This document shows positions 40,086 through 55,671 of a stretch of DNA of 64,000 nt, one piece after another. Each line of letters starts with the position of its first letter. The first letter of the stretch is position 1. This DNA is from Eledone cirrhosa. Its lineage: Eukaryota. The DNA is taken from assembly GCA_964016885.1 (NCBI GenBank), contig OZ024743.1, forward strand, positions 290,036,001 to 290,100,000, written 5' to 3'. Position numbers and translations under genes: made by a program. A model generated the notes under the pieces. The model had not been told where the DNA came from. It saw only the letters and a program-made list of their open reading frames with translations, and did not search any database.

Positions 40086-40853
40086 TCTTGACCACTATTT
40101 CAGTTTTGTATGGGCTCTTAACATATTGTTTAGCTCTAGTTTTTTAACTATCGAGCGCTTGCCAGTATCATATCTGATTTTTGCGTGTCGTTTCGCCTTT
40201 CCTACCCGCCGAAATGCGATTCTCGCTGAAACTATATTTGTATTAATCTCCCGTGTCTTACAATTAACTTGTTAATAATTTTAATTGACAGGTTAATTGT
40301 ATAAGTTTATTTTAAAAACTACCTGGTTGAGAGCTTATTCGATTTGTGCTATCTATGCAATTTTTTGCATGGTATACACATACTGAAATTCATTTGTCAA
40401 AATCTGGGGTTCTTTCCCCTTGTGAGTTCCACACGTGCTTTTACGAGCCTCTGTGTCACTCACAAATTTGTTACACAGCGAAATACCTGTTGATAACGTG
40501 ATATTGCTTGTTCGACCATTATACCTAAAGCTTATATATTTAAGCAGACACTATTTTGATTTGGGTGTCATAGAAACCCTGCTTTTGGATTTTAACATCA
40601 ATTCCAAGGGATCCAGGTCTGTGTTTTCTTTATCATTTATTTTATTTTGATTTGACCTGTTTAGCTTGATTTGCTTTTTGGCTTAGGTGGTTGACGCTTT
40701 CTTGGCCATTATTTCAGTTTTGTATGGCCTCTTAACATATTGTTTAGCTCTAGTGTTTTAACTATCGAGTTCTTGCCAGTATCAAATCTGATTTTTGCGT
40801 TTCGTTTCGATTTTCCTACCCGCCGAAATGCGATTCTCGCTGAAACAATATTT
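40085..40853. repeat. ~155-bp direct repeats (40085-40239; 40699-40853), LTR/pLTR-like
   Basis: Direct reading; no coding motif recognised between them. Confidence 0.7.
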
Positions 40854-40873
40854 ATATATATGTATGTGCCTGT

Positions 40874-41237
40874 TGGTGAATTGGCAGTATCGGTAGAGGG
40901 TCAGCCGCCATGCTTCCTAGCATAGTTATGTCCCTTTATGATCTGAGTTCAAATCCCGCCGAGGTTAACTTTGCCTTCATCCTTACGGGGTCGATAAAAT
41001 AAAGTACCAGTAATGTACTGGGTAATTTGCTGGCCTTGTGCCAAAAGTAGAAACAATTATAATAATTATTCCGGCGGGATTTGAACTCAGAACGGCCCTT
41101 GCCATTCTGAGTTCAAATCCCGCCAAAGGTTAACTTTGTCTTTCATTCTTACGGGGTCGATAAAATAATGTACCAGTAATGTACTAGGTAATTGCTGGCC
41201 TTGTGCTAAAAATAGAAACAATTATAATAATTATTCC
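40874..41237 (+). mobile_element. SINE followed by a second 5'-truncated SINE with a 5' inverted (snap-back) segment
   Basis: 41073-41092 is the reverse complement of 41105-41124; TSD ATTATAATAATTATTCC at 41056 and 41221. Confidence 0.85.
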
Positions 41238-43197
41238 TTTTAGACTTACTTTTGGAAATCTCTGAATGAATAAATTACAGAGGACTTGAAAATATGTAGC
41301 ATATGATGATCATGCACGATTCATATTTCGAATTATGTTCCATATGTACTTGAGATGAAGTGTTCCTACGTATTTTCTCTTCAATCTATTACTACGATAA
41401 GGTTCGCTTTAATTTATAGCGACTATTGCGTAATTCATGAATTAGAGCTGTATTTATGACTGGTATTATATTGTCAATACATACGCCTGGCGTATTGGTT
41501 AGGGTTTTGGGCATGAAATATTGTATGAAAATTAGCACCGATAGGTAACACGCATGCCTTCAACGTTGACCGCTGGGGAGTTTCTCCATGAAATTTGAGA
41601 AATTTGAAAAGGATCTGCTAACCATCAAATCCTGTGAAACAAGGTAGACCCTGGCAGCTAGGTTGACATGGTCAGTGCACGTTAATAGACTTGCAGATAT
41701 AGACGAAATTATTAAAATCTAATGATTATAGACACATATCCAATGTTAAAATTTCAACATAGAAATGTCGGAGGGCTCTCTTTCTGGAAATTTATCGACT
41801 CGTTTACAAGCGGTGTATTGACAGAGTCTTTTGAGTATTCGACTAAAGTGTCTGCATCATTTTGTCTGGCTCCCTCCTCTCTGAGTTCGAATTACGCTGA
41901 GGTTAAATTTGCTTTTCTCTCTTTCAGGATGGATGCATTAATTATCAGTGAAGGTGTTGTTGATTTGCAGAATATTTAAAGCACCATTTGTCTTATTTAT
42001 TACGAGTCTGCAATTTTCGTGTTAAAATTGATACAACAGTAAAGAGTTTCCTTCACTATTTTAAACTCTCTTTTTTTTTATGTTTCTTCTAGTTTATCAT
42101 CTGTTCAATTAAAATAAAGAAATACAGCTTCCAGTTACTAGAAAACTTGTGACGATACTCCTTGGAGGCGTGGTCGACAAAGAATACCGACAAATCAAAA
42201 ACCAAAGGGAACGTAGATTCCTTAGATAGATTAACATACTAATCCGTTCTTTCCTTATAAGTGATTTCTTTGATGTGGGAAGATTGTAAAAGATGCGAAA
42301 GAAAAAATAACAACACAAAACAAACAAAAAATACAAAAAACAAAGAATGATTAAACATTTCAAAACAGTGTAGCTTCCATTTTCCTGAACACAAATATAC
42401 TTCATTTCATTATTTATTTTATAAATCTTCAACCATCCATGATCCTATTGGTACGGCTCATCAGTTTAAAGCGTAGAATTTCTAGTGCACTAGGAACTGA
42501 AGTACGCGGTAAAGGGGGAATTTAAAAGCTAAAGCATCTCCTTACTTGACAAATATACTGTAAGTGTATTACATTTAGGATAAGCTTGACAATTTCAATA
42601 GTTCAGGAAAAGTTCGACAAGTATAAACATATTATTTATTAATATTTGAATATTATGAAAATATCGATTTGGTCGGGACATCAAAAATATAAAGTTGTGA
42701 AATTAAAAAGAATTATTAATAGATACTAATCTAAACTAGAATACGGGCATTGAGTACTTTTACTCCTAGTTCTATTCGCATGTGCCTATAATATAATAAC
42801 AATTGATTTTTATTTGGTACTAAATACAGCATTATCTGCACTAAATTCAGATGTCATCAACTAATAATCTACACATGAGCGATTTAATGAATATATAATT
42901 CAAATATTCCATCACACAACAAAAAATGTCGCACAATGATAAAGAGATTTTTCTATGAATACACAGTCTCTATATATCAGCATACACACACATGTATGCT
43001 CATACACTCACACGCATACACACACACATGTAGGCACATACACTCAAAGGCACGCACACACACATTTATATGCATATATATATATACACACATGTATAGT
43101 TTACAAAAGTGGTCAATAAAAACATCTTTGTTACATATATATATTATAGGTGCTACTCTCTTTCGCCCGAAACTTTTATTTTTCATTATAAATATAT

Positions 43198-43304
43198 ATC
43201 CCGCCGAGGTTAACTTTGCCTTTCATCCTTACGGGGTCGATAAAATAAAGTACCAGTAATACACTGGTTAATTGGTGGCCTAGTGCCAAAAGCAGAAACA
43301 ATTA
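43198..43304 (+). mobile_element. 5'-truncated SINE
   Basis: Starts at the end of the B-box (ATCCCGCCGAGG). Confidence 0.8.
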
Positions 43305-43397
<93 letters not shown>

Positions 43398-45958
43398 TGA
43401 GTGAGTGATAGGGAGAGAGAGAGAGGGGGAGGGAGAGAGAGAGAGAGAGAGGGAGAGAGACGGGGAATCATGTCGATTTAAAAACCGAGACACAAAAGCC
43501 AATACAATTTTCCGATCAAGCTTTTTATAAGCTGTTCATAGTAAACTATGTCACGTTGGTGGGAGACATGCTACATAACGCATCATATTAATTCGTTATT
43601 AGGAAAGCGTAGCTCATATAGAACAAACAGGCGGATAGCAATACAATAAAATATAAGGTTTCTAATATTTTAATTGTGAAAGTTTTGGGATACTCAGAAA
43701 TCTACATCACTTGAACCAGAATATTATGGTTGACCAAAATATTCATGTTGACCGAAATGTTTGGGTTTCGACCCTCCAAATAATCTGCCAACCATCAGCA
43801 TCTAAAATTCATTTTAAGCAAACAGACAGCCATTAGTCCACACAGAGGCAAATATCTGCGACCGATATTTGACAAGAAAAAGGCTGTTGGGTGTATGGCG
43901 GGTGGATGTTAAACATATCAGCATCTGTCCAGCAAATCAAAGGCAACACTGCAGGTCAAGTTATAGTTTCGGGGATGAATGGATGGACGCATCCATCAAA
44001 AACAACAGAAGTGGGTTCATATGTAATTTATGCAATAATTTCTTATGTTTATTTTTCAAAGGTACAAAATGCCAAATTACACCCTGTATCGACTGAGCAA
44101 CTTGCACACATGATTTCTTCAGATTGTCCGTCATCTGCAACATACAGCACACATTCTCTCCATTAACACATCAATTCCTACACCACTACACGGTCTGCTA
44201 TATCAGATCTGCCTTATTCTTTACACACTTGACCAATTATGTTATTGCTAAATAATTTTACTCGCTCTAGAACTAGAATATAAAATATATATATATATTA
44301 TTTTCCTTTGTAGACCAAATAGCTCCTCACCCTTCTCCTTTGTCTGCATTTGCCCCATGTGTATAAATAACCCAGTTGTTGAAACGGATTGACACCAGGA
44401 TATGGTAATAGTATTCTTGTGTTTTCTCCTTTGACATTTTATATTTTAAATGAGTTTAATTGTTCTATCCACAAGGAAGCCAAAATATTACGATGTACCT
44501 TTTCAAATTACACTTGACAGTGAGTAATTTACGCTTCCTAGATATTTCCATTAACGAATGATTAACAGTTAACACTGCTTTAAGAAAAATAGCTATTTTC
44601 GGAGTAGGTCTTAGAAAACCGAATGCGGTTGTCGCTATATTAGTACATTTTTGTCGGTAGCTTAAATATAGCTAGTGCTTGTATATCCCCATACTCAAAT
44701 GACATATAAAACTTAAAAGTCAATGTTCCCCTAATATTGATGAAGGCAGCGATATGTACTTGAGATAACTTGCTGAGGTAATTTTTCACAATGAATACTT
44801 GAGATTATTTTCCTATTTCTAAACAGCTTGTAACCAAATACCGAAGATGATGATGCGCTTTTGCAGCTTTGATGGGTAGTTCATGACATGTATATCTTCA
44901 CATTTATAATTGAAAATATCTGGATTCAAGAAACGAATTAATTGCGTTTTACATGGAACAAATTACCAACCCTTTTCGTTTGTTTATGTAGTTGAAGTTG
45001 TTTGGGTTGGTTAGGATTTCGTTTGGTTGTTATAGATGATTGTATATGAAGTGTAATGTTTGATATTGTCTGAAAAATCCGACACTTATAGAATTTCAAT
45101 TATAGATGTAAACAAACCTGTTGCCTAGAATGGATGTACTTTATTATATATATAATCTATCATTTCTAAAAACGAAGGGTCATACTTGTATTACGATTGT
45201 TATGAAAGATTTCAATTTCAGTTGCAAAGTCAGTTGCTAATTTCATAATGGCATTGCAGTTTTATAAGTGTCATGAATTTGGTTATCGTTTTGTTCGAAG
45301 TGAGATCATGCTGGTTGAATGTTTATATATTTGAGTGTCTGATAAATGTAATTGTTTCATTTACATAATTGTCATTGTTTTTTTCTCTCGTGGAATCAGG
45401 ATGAGATGTGGGGAAAATATTTTTTGTTTACCGTAAGCAGAATAATATATTCCCCATAATTGTTTCTAGCATTTTAGATAGATTATTTAGTAGATACGAC
45501 CTGGTAGAATGGCAGTAGCCTGTATTTGGATTTGGCATTATTAATATATGCGTAAATTTCCATATATCTGAATGTTGTTCAAATTTCATTATGCTATGAA
45601 ATACGTGTAGCAGAATTTAATTTATCATATTCAATGTTTCACCTCGTAGCCTACAATGCATTTTGTATATCAAATGAACCACCCACACCGAAGTCCTCAA
45701 CCGCTCCAACATACCCAGCATATTCACCCTGCTTCAACTGCGCTGGTTCTTTCACCTACATCGTATGTCTGATGGGAGTTGGATCGGTGGCCGATTCCTC
45801 CTTTAACAAAACGTTTACAGCTAGACGCTCTTGTTTAATATTAGAAATTAAAACAATGTTTCAAGAGAAAGAGAGAGAGAGAGGAAAAGAGATTATAGAA
45901 AGAGCGAGAGTGAGATATGAAAGATATATATAGAGAGAATATGAGAGTGAGAGAAGGG

Positions 45959-46000
<42 letters not shown>

Positions 46001-46057
46001 GAATGTGGAGAAGGAGCACACGAGTTGGAATATATATATATATATATACTCGTATAT

Positions 46058-46588
46058 ATATGAAAATAGGGAGAAAAAGACGATTATTAGGAAGACAATT
46101 ATATTTTGTTCCCTCTATTTTTTTCTATTTTTTCTGGGTTAGAAAATGTTTAAAACAAAATATTTTACTTTGTCTGAAGTGTTAATTTATTGATTAATTA
46201 ACAATGCCATTTATTTATTTATTTATATATTTAATAATTATCTATTACCGGTTTCAGCATTTTATGCATTATCAAAGGGGGGAATTTGTATTGGTGTAAA
46301 ATGTTGGTGATGTTGAACATTTTAAGGAAATGGTGAAGAAAGAATAATGTTATTTACAAACAAGGTTTTTGAAGTGAAAATAAAAAAAATAAAAAAGGGG
46401 GTAATGTGGAACATGATAAGGTAATGGAAAGAAAAAATAATATTATTTACAGGCATAGTTCTTGAAGATAAGCAGTTCAAAATGTGTTATTATTGCAAGA
46501 TTGCTTAGTTGATCCATGAGAAAAAATTAAAGGGGAAAAAAAAAAATGTTTCTTCCTAATAATCGTCTTTTTCTCCCTATTTTCATAT
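46058..46588 (-). mobile_element. Non-coding element with 38-bp terminal inverted repeat and internal degenerate HHR
   Basis: 46058-46095 vs 46551-46588; minus strand TTGATAA-tGCAT-aaa-ATGCt-GAAAC-CG-GTA at about 46243-46277 (palindromic ACCGGT). Confidence 0.65.
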
Positions 46589-46589
46589 G

Positions 46590-48700
<2,111 letters not shown>

Positions 48701-51700
48701 GAATTTCTATCAAGATACGTAGTTTTTCTTCTCTCATAATAACAGCCACAGAAGATAGTGCGATATTTGTTCTGTATTGCTGTATGTCGGTCGAGATGTT
48801 AAGCTTTGAGATCAAGTTGACCAATATATACCGAAATATGAGTACACAACCCCACATATACAAACACACAGGCACAAATATATAGACACACACATTCTCA
48901 TTCGAATGTGCTACTCTAGCCTATTGCCAAACATTTTGCTAGAAACAGAGCTCAGATACCCGAAAAACTCATGTAAACTCTATATAATTGATATGTTACT
49001 TCGATAAATTAATAACAGTTGGCGATCATTCAAATATCATTCTGAAATAGGTTACAAATAGCGGTAAGTCCTTTAAACAAAAATACACCTGAAACAATTT
49101 CAAACCTTAGATTCCTAATGTTATATCTTTTACTGACACATTACAGTTTATTTTATAAATATCTAATAGAGAATTATTTCGTATTTCTTAATGTTGCATT
49201 AAGCTGTTCCAAGATCCAATATAATCCATATATCTTTTAAAATAAATCACTATTTCAAAATATCATTGTGTATATAAACATAAGTATGTGCATCGTCTAG
49301 AGATATTCCGTCAAATATATATATGTGTGTTCGGAAAAGATTGTTTTGGTAAAAACAGGAGTAAACAAGAGAAAGGTCTCAACAATTTAGTTGTTTTTAG
49401 TTACGATGAAGAATTTTAGATAAATAACAAAATATGATGCTGAGTTTACATATATCGTTTAATAATTATAATTATTTCCACGGTTCTCCATGCAATCGAG
49501 ATGTCCTTCATGCATTTGCTGTTGATTAAGAGATCGATATCCTCAGATGAAAATCGATGTTTGATATGTCGCTGGCAGGAAAAACACACGTCCTATTGCT
49601 TGTGTGCCCAGCAGACATATGAGTTCCTTGAAGGGTTTACCAGCCATAGTTTTTGCTAGAAAGAGCTAATAAACGAAATACTGTGTGTAGCCAAAACGCA
49701 GTAGACAGTGGAAGCAATAAATGGAGCCCTGGAAGAGGGGGGTATATAATTTGTTGACAACCACCTATAGCCAACAACCACAACAATAATAACGACAACG
49801 ACAACAGCAATAACGACAATAACAGCAAAACGCCGAACAATATCGTCAACACTGGCCGCAGCAGTCGTAGTGATATTACTACCCTATGACAACCACAACT
49901 AAATGAACAGCGACAGTAAACAGTTACAATAACAACAACAGAAACAACGACAACAACAACAAAAACACAGACCAGCGTCGTGTACACATGCCGTAGCAAT
50001 CGTAGTGACGGTATCACCCTGTCGACAATAACAACGATAACGTCAAAGCAATAAAAAGGATTTTGAGGTAGGTGGGTACACAGAATTAGTGGTATTAATG
50101 ACCATGACCATACATATAACAACAACAACAATGGAAACCGCAACAAGCATTAGCACCGCCCATCCCCTACCCCGTTCGTCGTAGTAGTGATGTTATCATT
50201 TATATTAGTATCAAGCCCATTGGTAACACCAATAACAATAACAACAACAACAGTGATGATCCCACCACGGCGACGGCGGCAACAGGAAAATGTCAGGCTT
50301 CCATGAAAAATAAACTAAGCATATTAGTAGTCCGTTGAAACAAGGAAGCGAAAATGAGATAGACATATAGATGGGTATTTATATATATAAATAAATACAT
50401 ACACAGTTAATACAGTCCTCTCTATCATTCAAATGCTAGCAATAATTACAATGCAGAAAAACCGTTAACCGCAATAGCATTCAGTTTTAACTACAGTGGC
50501 AACAATACTATTAAAAGGGCAGTTAGACTATGGAAGAGAGTTACGGAAGGCGAAAGTTGGGACAGGAACAAGCAGATAAGAAATCGAGAACACACATAGA
50601 GAAAACACAATAATAAAAGAACGGGACAAAAATACATAAAACAACACAACAGTGGGTATATAAACAGGGAATAAGGAAGAAGGGACATGAAACATGACTC
50701 CAGGTGTGAAAACAAAATATCCATGGTTCGCCTGACGCTGGGGTTGCTGTGTGGCCACGCCCAGCCTCCACGGTCAAGTTTGCAATAGCCCTCAACTAGT
50801 ACAACTATGTTTTTAGTCCGTTCATCTGAGGATACCGTTCTCATAATCAACAGCAAATGCATGAAGGGCATCTCAATTACATGGAGAACCGTGAAAATAA
50901 TTATAATGATTAAACGATATATGTAACCCCAGCATCACATTTTGTTATATATATAGATATGTATATATATATATCACGATAAATTAACGGAGGCATAGTC
51001 CCTCGCTATTCCCTGTAAATAATGTGCTCAAAGGAGAAGAAATCCTGAGCTCTTTAAAATACAATATGTTGAAAATGTAACACACCAGAGAGAGATATAC
51101 TGTGCGCTATCAATAAAACAGGGGAAAAAACCACCAGTGTATGGAATCTATAACCTATGAAAGGGAGACTATAGACACGATAATTAAAAATATAAATTAA
51201 AGCGTAAATAAATACCTCTATAACTATATAACACACGTACAAATCCAAAGATACTAATCCAAAGATATGATTCACCAGTAATTTGTTGAAAGAAATGGGT
51301 TAGCCTCGGTTCATCGCGTGTGTAAGGCTATACATTTCAGACAGCACTAAGAGAATTTTAAAAGTGACTGTCCAGCTACACGTGGGAGAGAGAAGTCCCA
51401 GCGTGTTTAAGGGCAGTGAACCAGTGGCCTCTGAGGGACGAACTGCTAGAAAGGGCAGCCCAAAGCCACTCAGAGAAGTGTGTTCAACCAAACAGAGATA
51501 GGAAAGACTGTTATATATATATACAGAGGTATCCAGAGTAAGTTGTGGGGTTTATTCTGCATGAAGAACTCGATGTAATCCATATGTTGAAAATGTTGTA
51601 GGTTAAGATAAATCTCGGAAAACAATAAAACATTAAAAGGTAAACAGTCATGATATAAGTTAAAACAATGAGGACACCCTTCAACCATTCCTTTCAAAGG

Positions 51701-52901
51701 ATGATGACCTCAACTAAAGTGAATTACTTTTCATCTTAACACCATATGAAAAGAACAATTTGATTCGTTAGTTCTTCAACCGCCTCCAAATAAGGACAAT
51801 ATACTAACATACTACTAATTCTGAATAAAATTATTATTAAATAAAATTATTATTGCTTTTGAAAACGGCTAGTGATATGCATGTAAGTAAATATTCTCTG
51901 TATCTGTATTTTGTAACTAACCTTACATAGATCAATAACTGAGTATAGCTACAATGTATTATCATCATCTAGAAACGATCGTAAAGCAGTGAAATATATC
52001 TCCAATGATTTGATTTTTTATTTCATTGTTTTAACTTATATATATTCACAAGCATGTGAGTGTGTGTGTGGTGTCGATCTTAACCAGTTTCGCTCTATGA
52101 CTACGAGAGACAAAATTATCTAAATAATTAAATTGACTCGTTATCAGAGCTATGCAACAAATTATAAAGTCAGAAGAATTAATAGACACAGATATGTACC
52201 TATTTTACGCATATATCTGTGTCTATTACTTCTTCTTACTTTATAATTTGTTATATATACTAGCAGAAAAACCACCCTTCGTGTGGTTTTCTGCTAGAAT
52301 GTGTAGTGTGTATATTGATATTATACGCAAGTATATATACATGTAGATATGATACATCAAATAAAATCGTAATTGACAATATACACAGAAATTGGGATGA
52401 AGACTGTCTTCTGTAATCAGTAACGTAATCCATGATACATTAAAAAAAGACGATATTATATATCTGTTAGCAGGTGTAGTGTGCATATTGTAATTATACG
52501 CAAGTATATATACATGTAGATATAATACATCAAATAAAATCGTAATTGACAATACACACAGAAATTGGGATGAAGACTGTCTTCTGTAATCAGTAACGTA
52601 ACCCACGATACATTAAAATAAGATGATATTATATATCTTCTAGCCTGTATAGTGTGTATATTGATATTATATGCAAGTATATATGCATGTATATATGATC
52701 AAATAAAATCGTAATTGACAATATACACAGAAATTGAACGAATACTCTGTTACACTGTCTTATGTAATCAGTAACGTAATCCATGATACATTAAAAAATG
52801 AAGATATATATCTTTTTCCATTTATCTGAGGGTTCTAAACCCCATTAAAAGACTAACATTTCTTTAGTCGAAAAATACGGTGAAAGCTATTATATATATA
52901 T

Positions 52902-53468
52902 AATTGAGATGAGCGGAACAAGTAAACATTAAACAATCTTTTAAATAAATTAAAATACGATTTAAATATTTACCTATCCCAAAGTCTTTAACGACGGTTT
53001 TGCTTCACTGAAGATTGGAAATCCAAAGGACTTCCAGTGGAAAGATCAGCTCTTCATGCATTCTATAGGACGTAAAGTCTCTCAGTTTGTAAATATATCG
53101 CCTACTGCCTGCTAGCGTAAGGTCGGGTCGTTAAAATGACCCATACATAAACTGCTTGTTAGTCAAAGCGGGAATATTATAGACGTGTTGATTGCCACGC
53201 TACTAAAAATAGCAGCTAGATAAAACGCTTTTTTCTCTACAGACATGGGAGAAAATACATAAAATGAGATTAATATCCCCACAGGTACTAACTACCCACG
53301 GACATATATAGGGTGTCTATAATAAATTTGTTGTTCAAAGATATTAATTTGAGACACCAGAACTATAAAATTGAGATGAGCGGAACAAGTAAACATTATT
53401 AAATGTCTTATAGACACCCTATATATTTCCGTGAGTACTTAGTACCTGTGGGAATATTAATCTCATTT

Positions 53469-53475
<7 letters not shown>
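52902..53475. mobile_element. Element with A-body-B-A'-B(inverted) topology and degenerate HHR
   Basis: A 52902-52931 = 53369-53398; B 53255-53322 inverted at 53408-53475; CTGAAGA-TTGGAAATCC-aaa-GGACTTCCAG..GAAAG at about 53008-53044. Confidence 0.65.
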
Positions 53476-53506
<31 letters not shown>

Positions 53507-53807
53507 CCCACATACTCATATATATATATATAGAGAGAGAGTGATAGAGAGAGTCACATACATATATATACATCTGCCTTCAAGAAACCACTGGTAAACG
53601 AAATAATTATCTTATGTTGTTTATTACACACACGTAAAAATACTGGTATATATACATAAACACGCACACACATATACATACGTACATACAATGTTATAAT
53701 ATAAACATAATCATAATTATAATTAAAATTATATACACATATAGATAAAAAAATATATATATTATGTATATATAATAGTTATGTAATAAACAACATAAGA
53801 TAATTAT

Positions 53808-53865
53808 TTCATTTGCCAGTGGTTTCTTGAAGGCAAATGTGTCTGTCTTCATTCTTCAGAATGAA
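53808..53865 (-). ncRNA. Hammerhead ribozyme (cleavage triplet mutated to GCA here, GTA in the inverted copy 53571-53628)
   Basis: TTCATT-CTGAAGA-aTGAAG...CTTCAa-GAAAC-CACTG-GCA/AATGAA. Confidence 0.6.
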
Positions 53866-54293
53866 TAAATATCGTAGGTTATTTATTCATTCTGAAGTCA
53901 GTAACGTAAACCATGATTCATTAAAAAAAGACTATATTATATATCTGCAGCAGGTGTAGTGTGTCTATTGATATTATACGCAAGTATATATGCATGTAGA
54001 TATGATCAAATACAATCGTAATTGACAATATACACAGAAATTGAACGAAGACGTTACCTTGTCTTATGTAATCAGTAACGTAATCCATGATACATTAAAA
54101 CATGAAGATATTATATATAAACTGCATTAGGAGAACATTATAGGAGAATGTTTATTGAAACGATCGTTAACCGGAAGTGTTGACAGTTGAAAATGTTTAA
54201 GAAGTGAATCTTTAAATAAGTAATAGAATATATTTAATGAACAGCCACGAAATTTAGTAGATAAGTTATGTAACATTCATTCATTATTTATTC

Positions 54294-54477
54294 GGTGGAT
54301 TGGCAGTATCAGTAGAGGGTCGGACACCATGCTTTCCAGCATAGTTACGTCCCTTTATGATCTGAGTTCAAATCCCGCCGAGGTTGACTTTGCCTTTCAT
54401 CCTTACGGGGTCGATGAAATAAAGTACCAGTAATGCACTGGGTATTTGCTGGCCTTGTGCCTAAAGTAGAAACAATT
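54294..54477 (+). mobile_element. tRNA-derived SINE
   Basis: TSD ATTATTTATTC. Confidence 0.85.
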
Positions 54478-54767
54478 ATTTATTCAAAGTAATCCAACTT
54501 ATTTTAATAAGGGGATAACAAAATTATAAAAAGTACGCAGTCCCGCGCTTCTTACTTTATTATAATTGAAATGATTACACAACGAAAATACTAACAAATA
54601 TAATATAGACAAAGGAAAGGGAACCTGCCCCCACGACCTTCTCAGGAATGAGTGGGTGAAGAAGAAGACATTGTCAATTTACTTTTCAATTTCAATTAAT
54701 CGATATACAATGTGTGAACGCATATATATGTATGTGCATGTACGCGTGTGTATATGCATGCGTATGA

Positions 54768-54834
<67 letters not shown>

Positions 54835-55478
54835 CATTATCGGAGAAAGCTAATAGCGATACTCCGGCCAAATCCCAACTCACTTAACAAATATTAGGAA
54901 ATAAGTGAGTATATTCCTAATTAAACGTTCGGGGTGCTAACTAATTGTATTGTGTGGAAAATTGGCTGTATTATTTCATATGAGATATATCAAATATATC
55001 TCTTCCCAGACGGGCGTCTCGTTTCATGATAAGTTTTCGATAAGTTGGGTGAAATTATATCAAATTATGTAGAAGGTTGTATGAGATCAACAGATACTTA
55101 TTCAAGTGGGCTCTTATAATTCTTCAGTAGGTGCCCAATAACATTAATATTGATAGTCAAATCAATGTATATATATATATATATAAATGAAAAATAATTA
55201 TAAGTATATACACATATAGATTTATACATATATATGTGTATATGTCTATATGTGTATATAATTATAATTATGGTTATGTTTATATTATAAAATTGTATGT
55301 ATGTATGTATAATTGTATGTATGTATGTATGTATGTATGTATGTATGTATATATTGTATGTATATATTGTATGTATGTATGTATATATGTGTGCGTGTTT
55401 ATGTGTACATACGAGTATTTTAACTTGTGTGTACCTATATATATATATGCATATGTCGGTACGTATATATATATATAT

Positions 55479-55606
<128 letters not shown>

Positions 55607-55671
55607 CAAGTAAAATATATATAGATACAATATATTAATAAATGGAAACATATTTATAAAACCATATTTAT

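Larger units (their letters stand above)
52259..54118 (-). mobile_element. Helitron-like element with ~173-bp internal tandem units, interrupted by nested inserts; related end at about 62270-62362 (+)
   Basis: Terminal hairpin CTAGCAGAAAA(A)CC..GGTTTTCTGCTAG; units starting about 52301, 52474, 52646, 53954. Confidence 0.55.

Noticed and set aside
43869-45933. Non-repetitive ORFs of 75-99 aa (also 23434-23736, 34132-34398)
   Set aside because: No recognisable domains or consistent splice structure.
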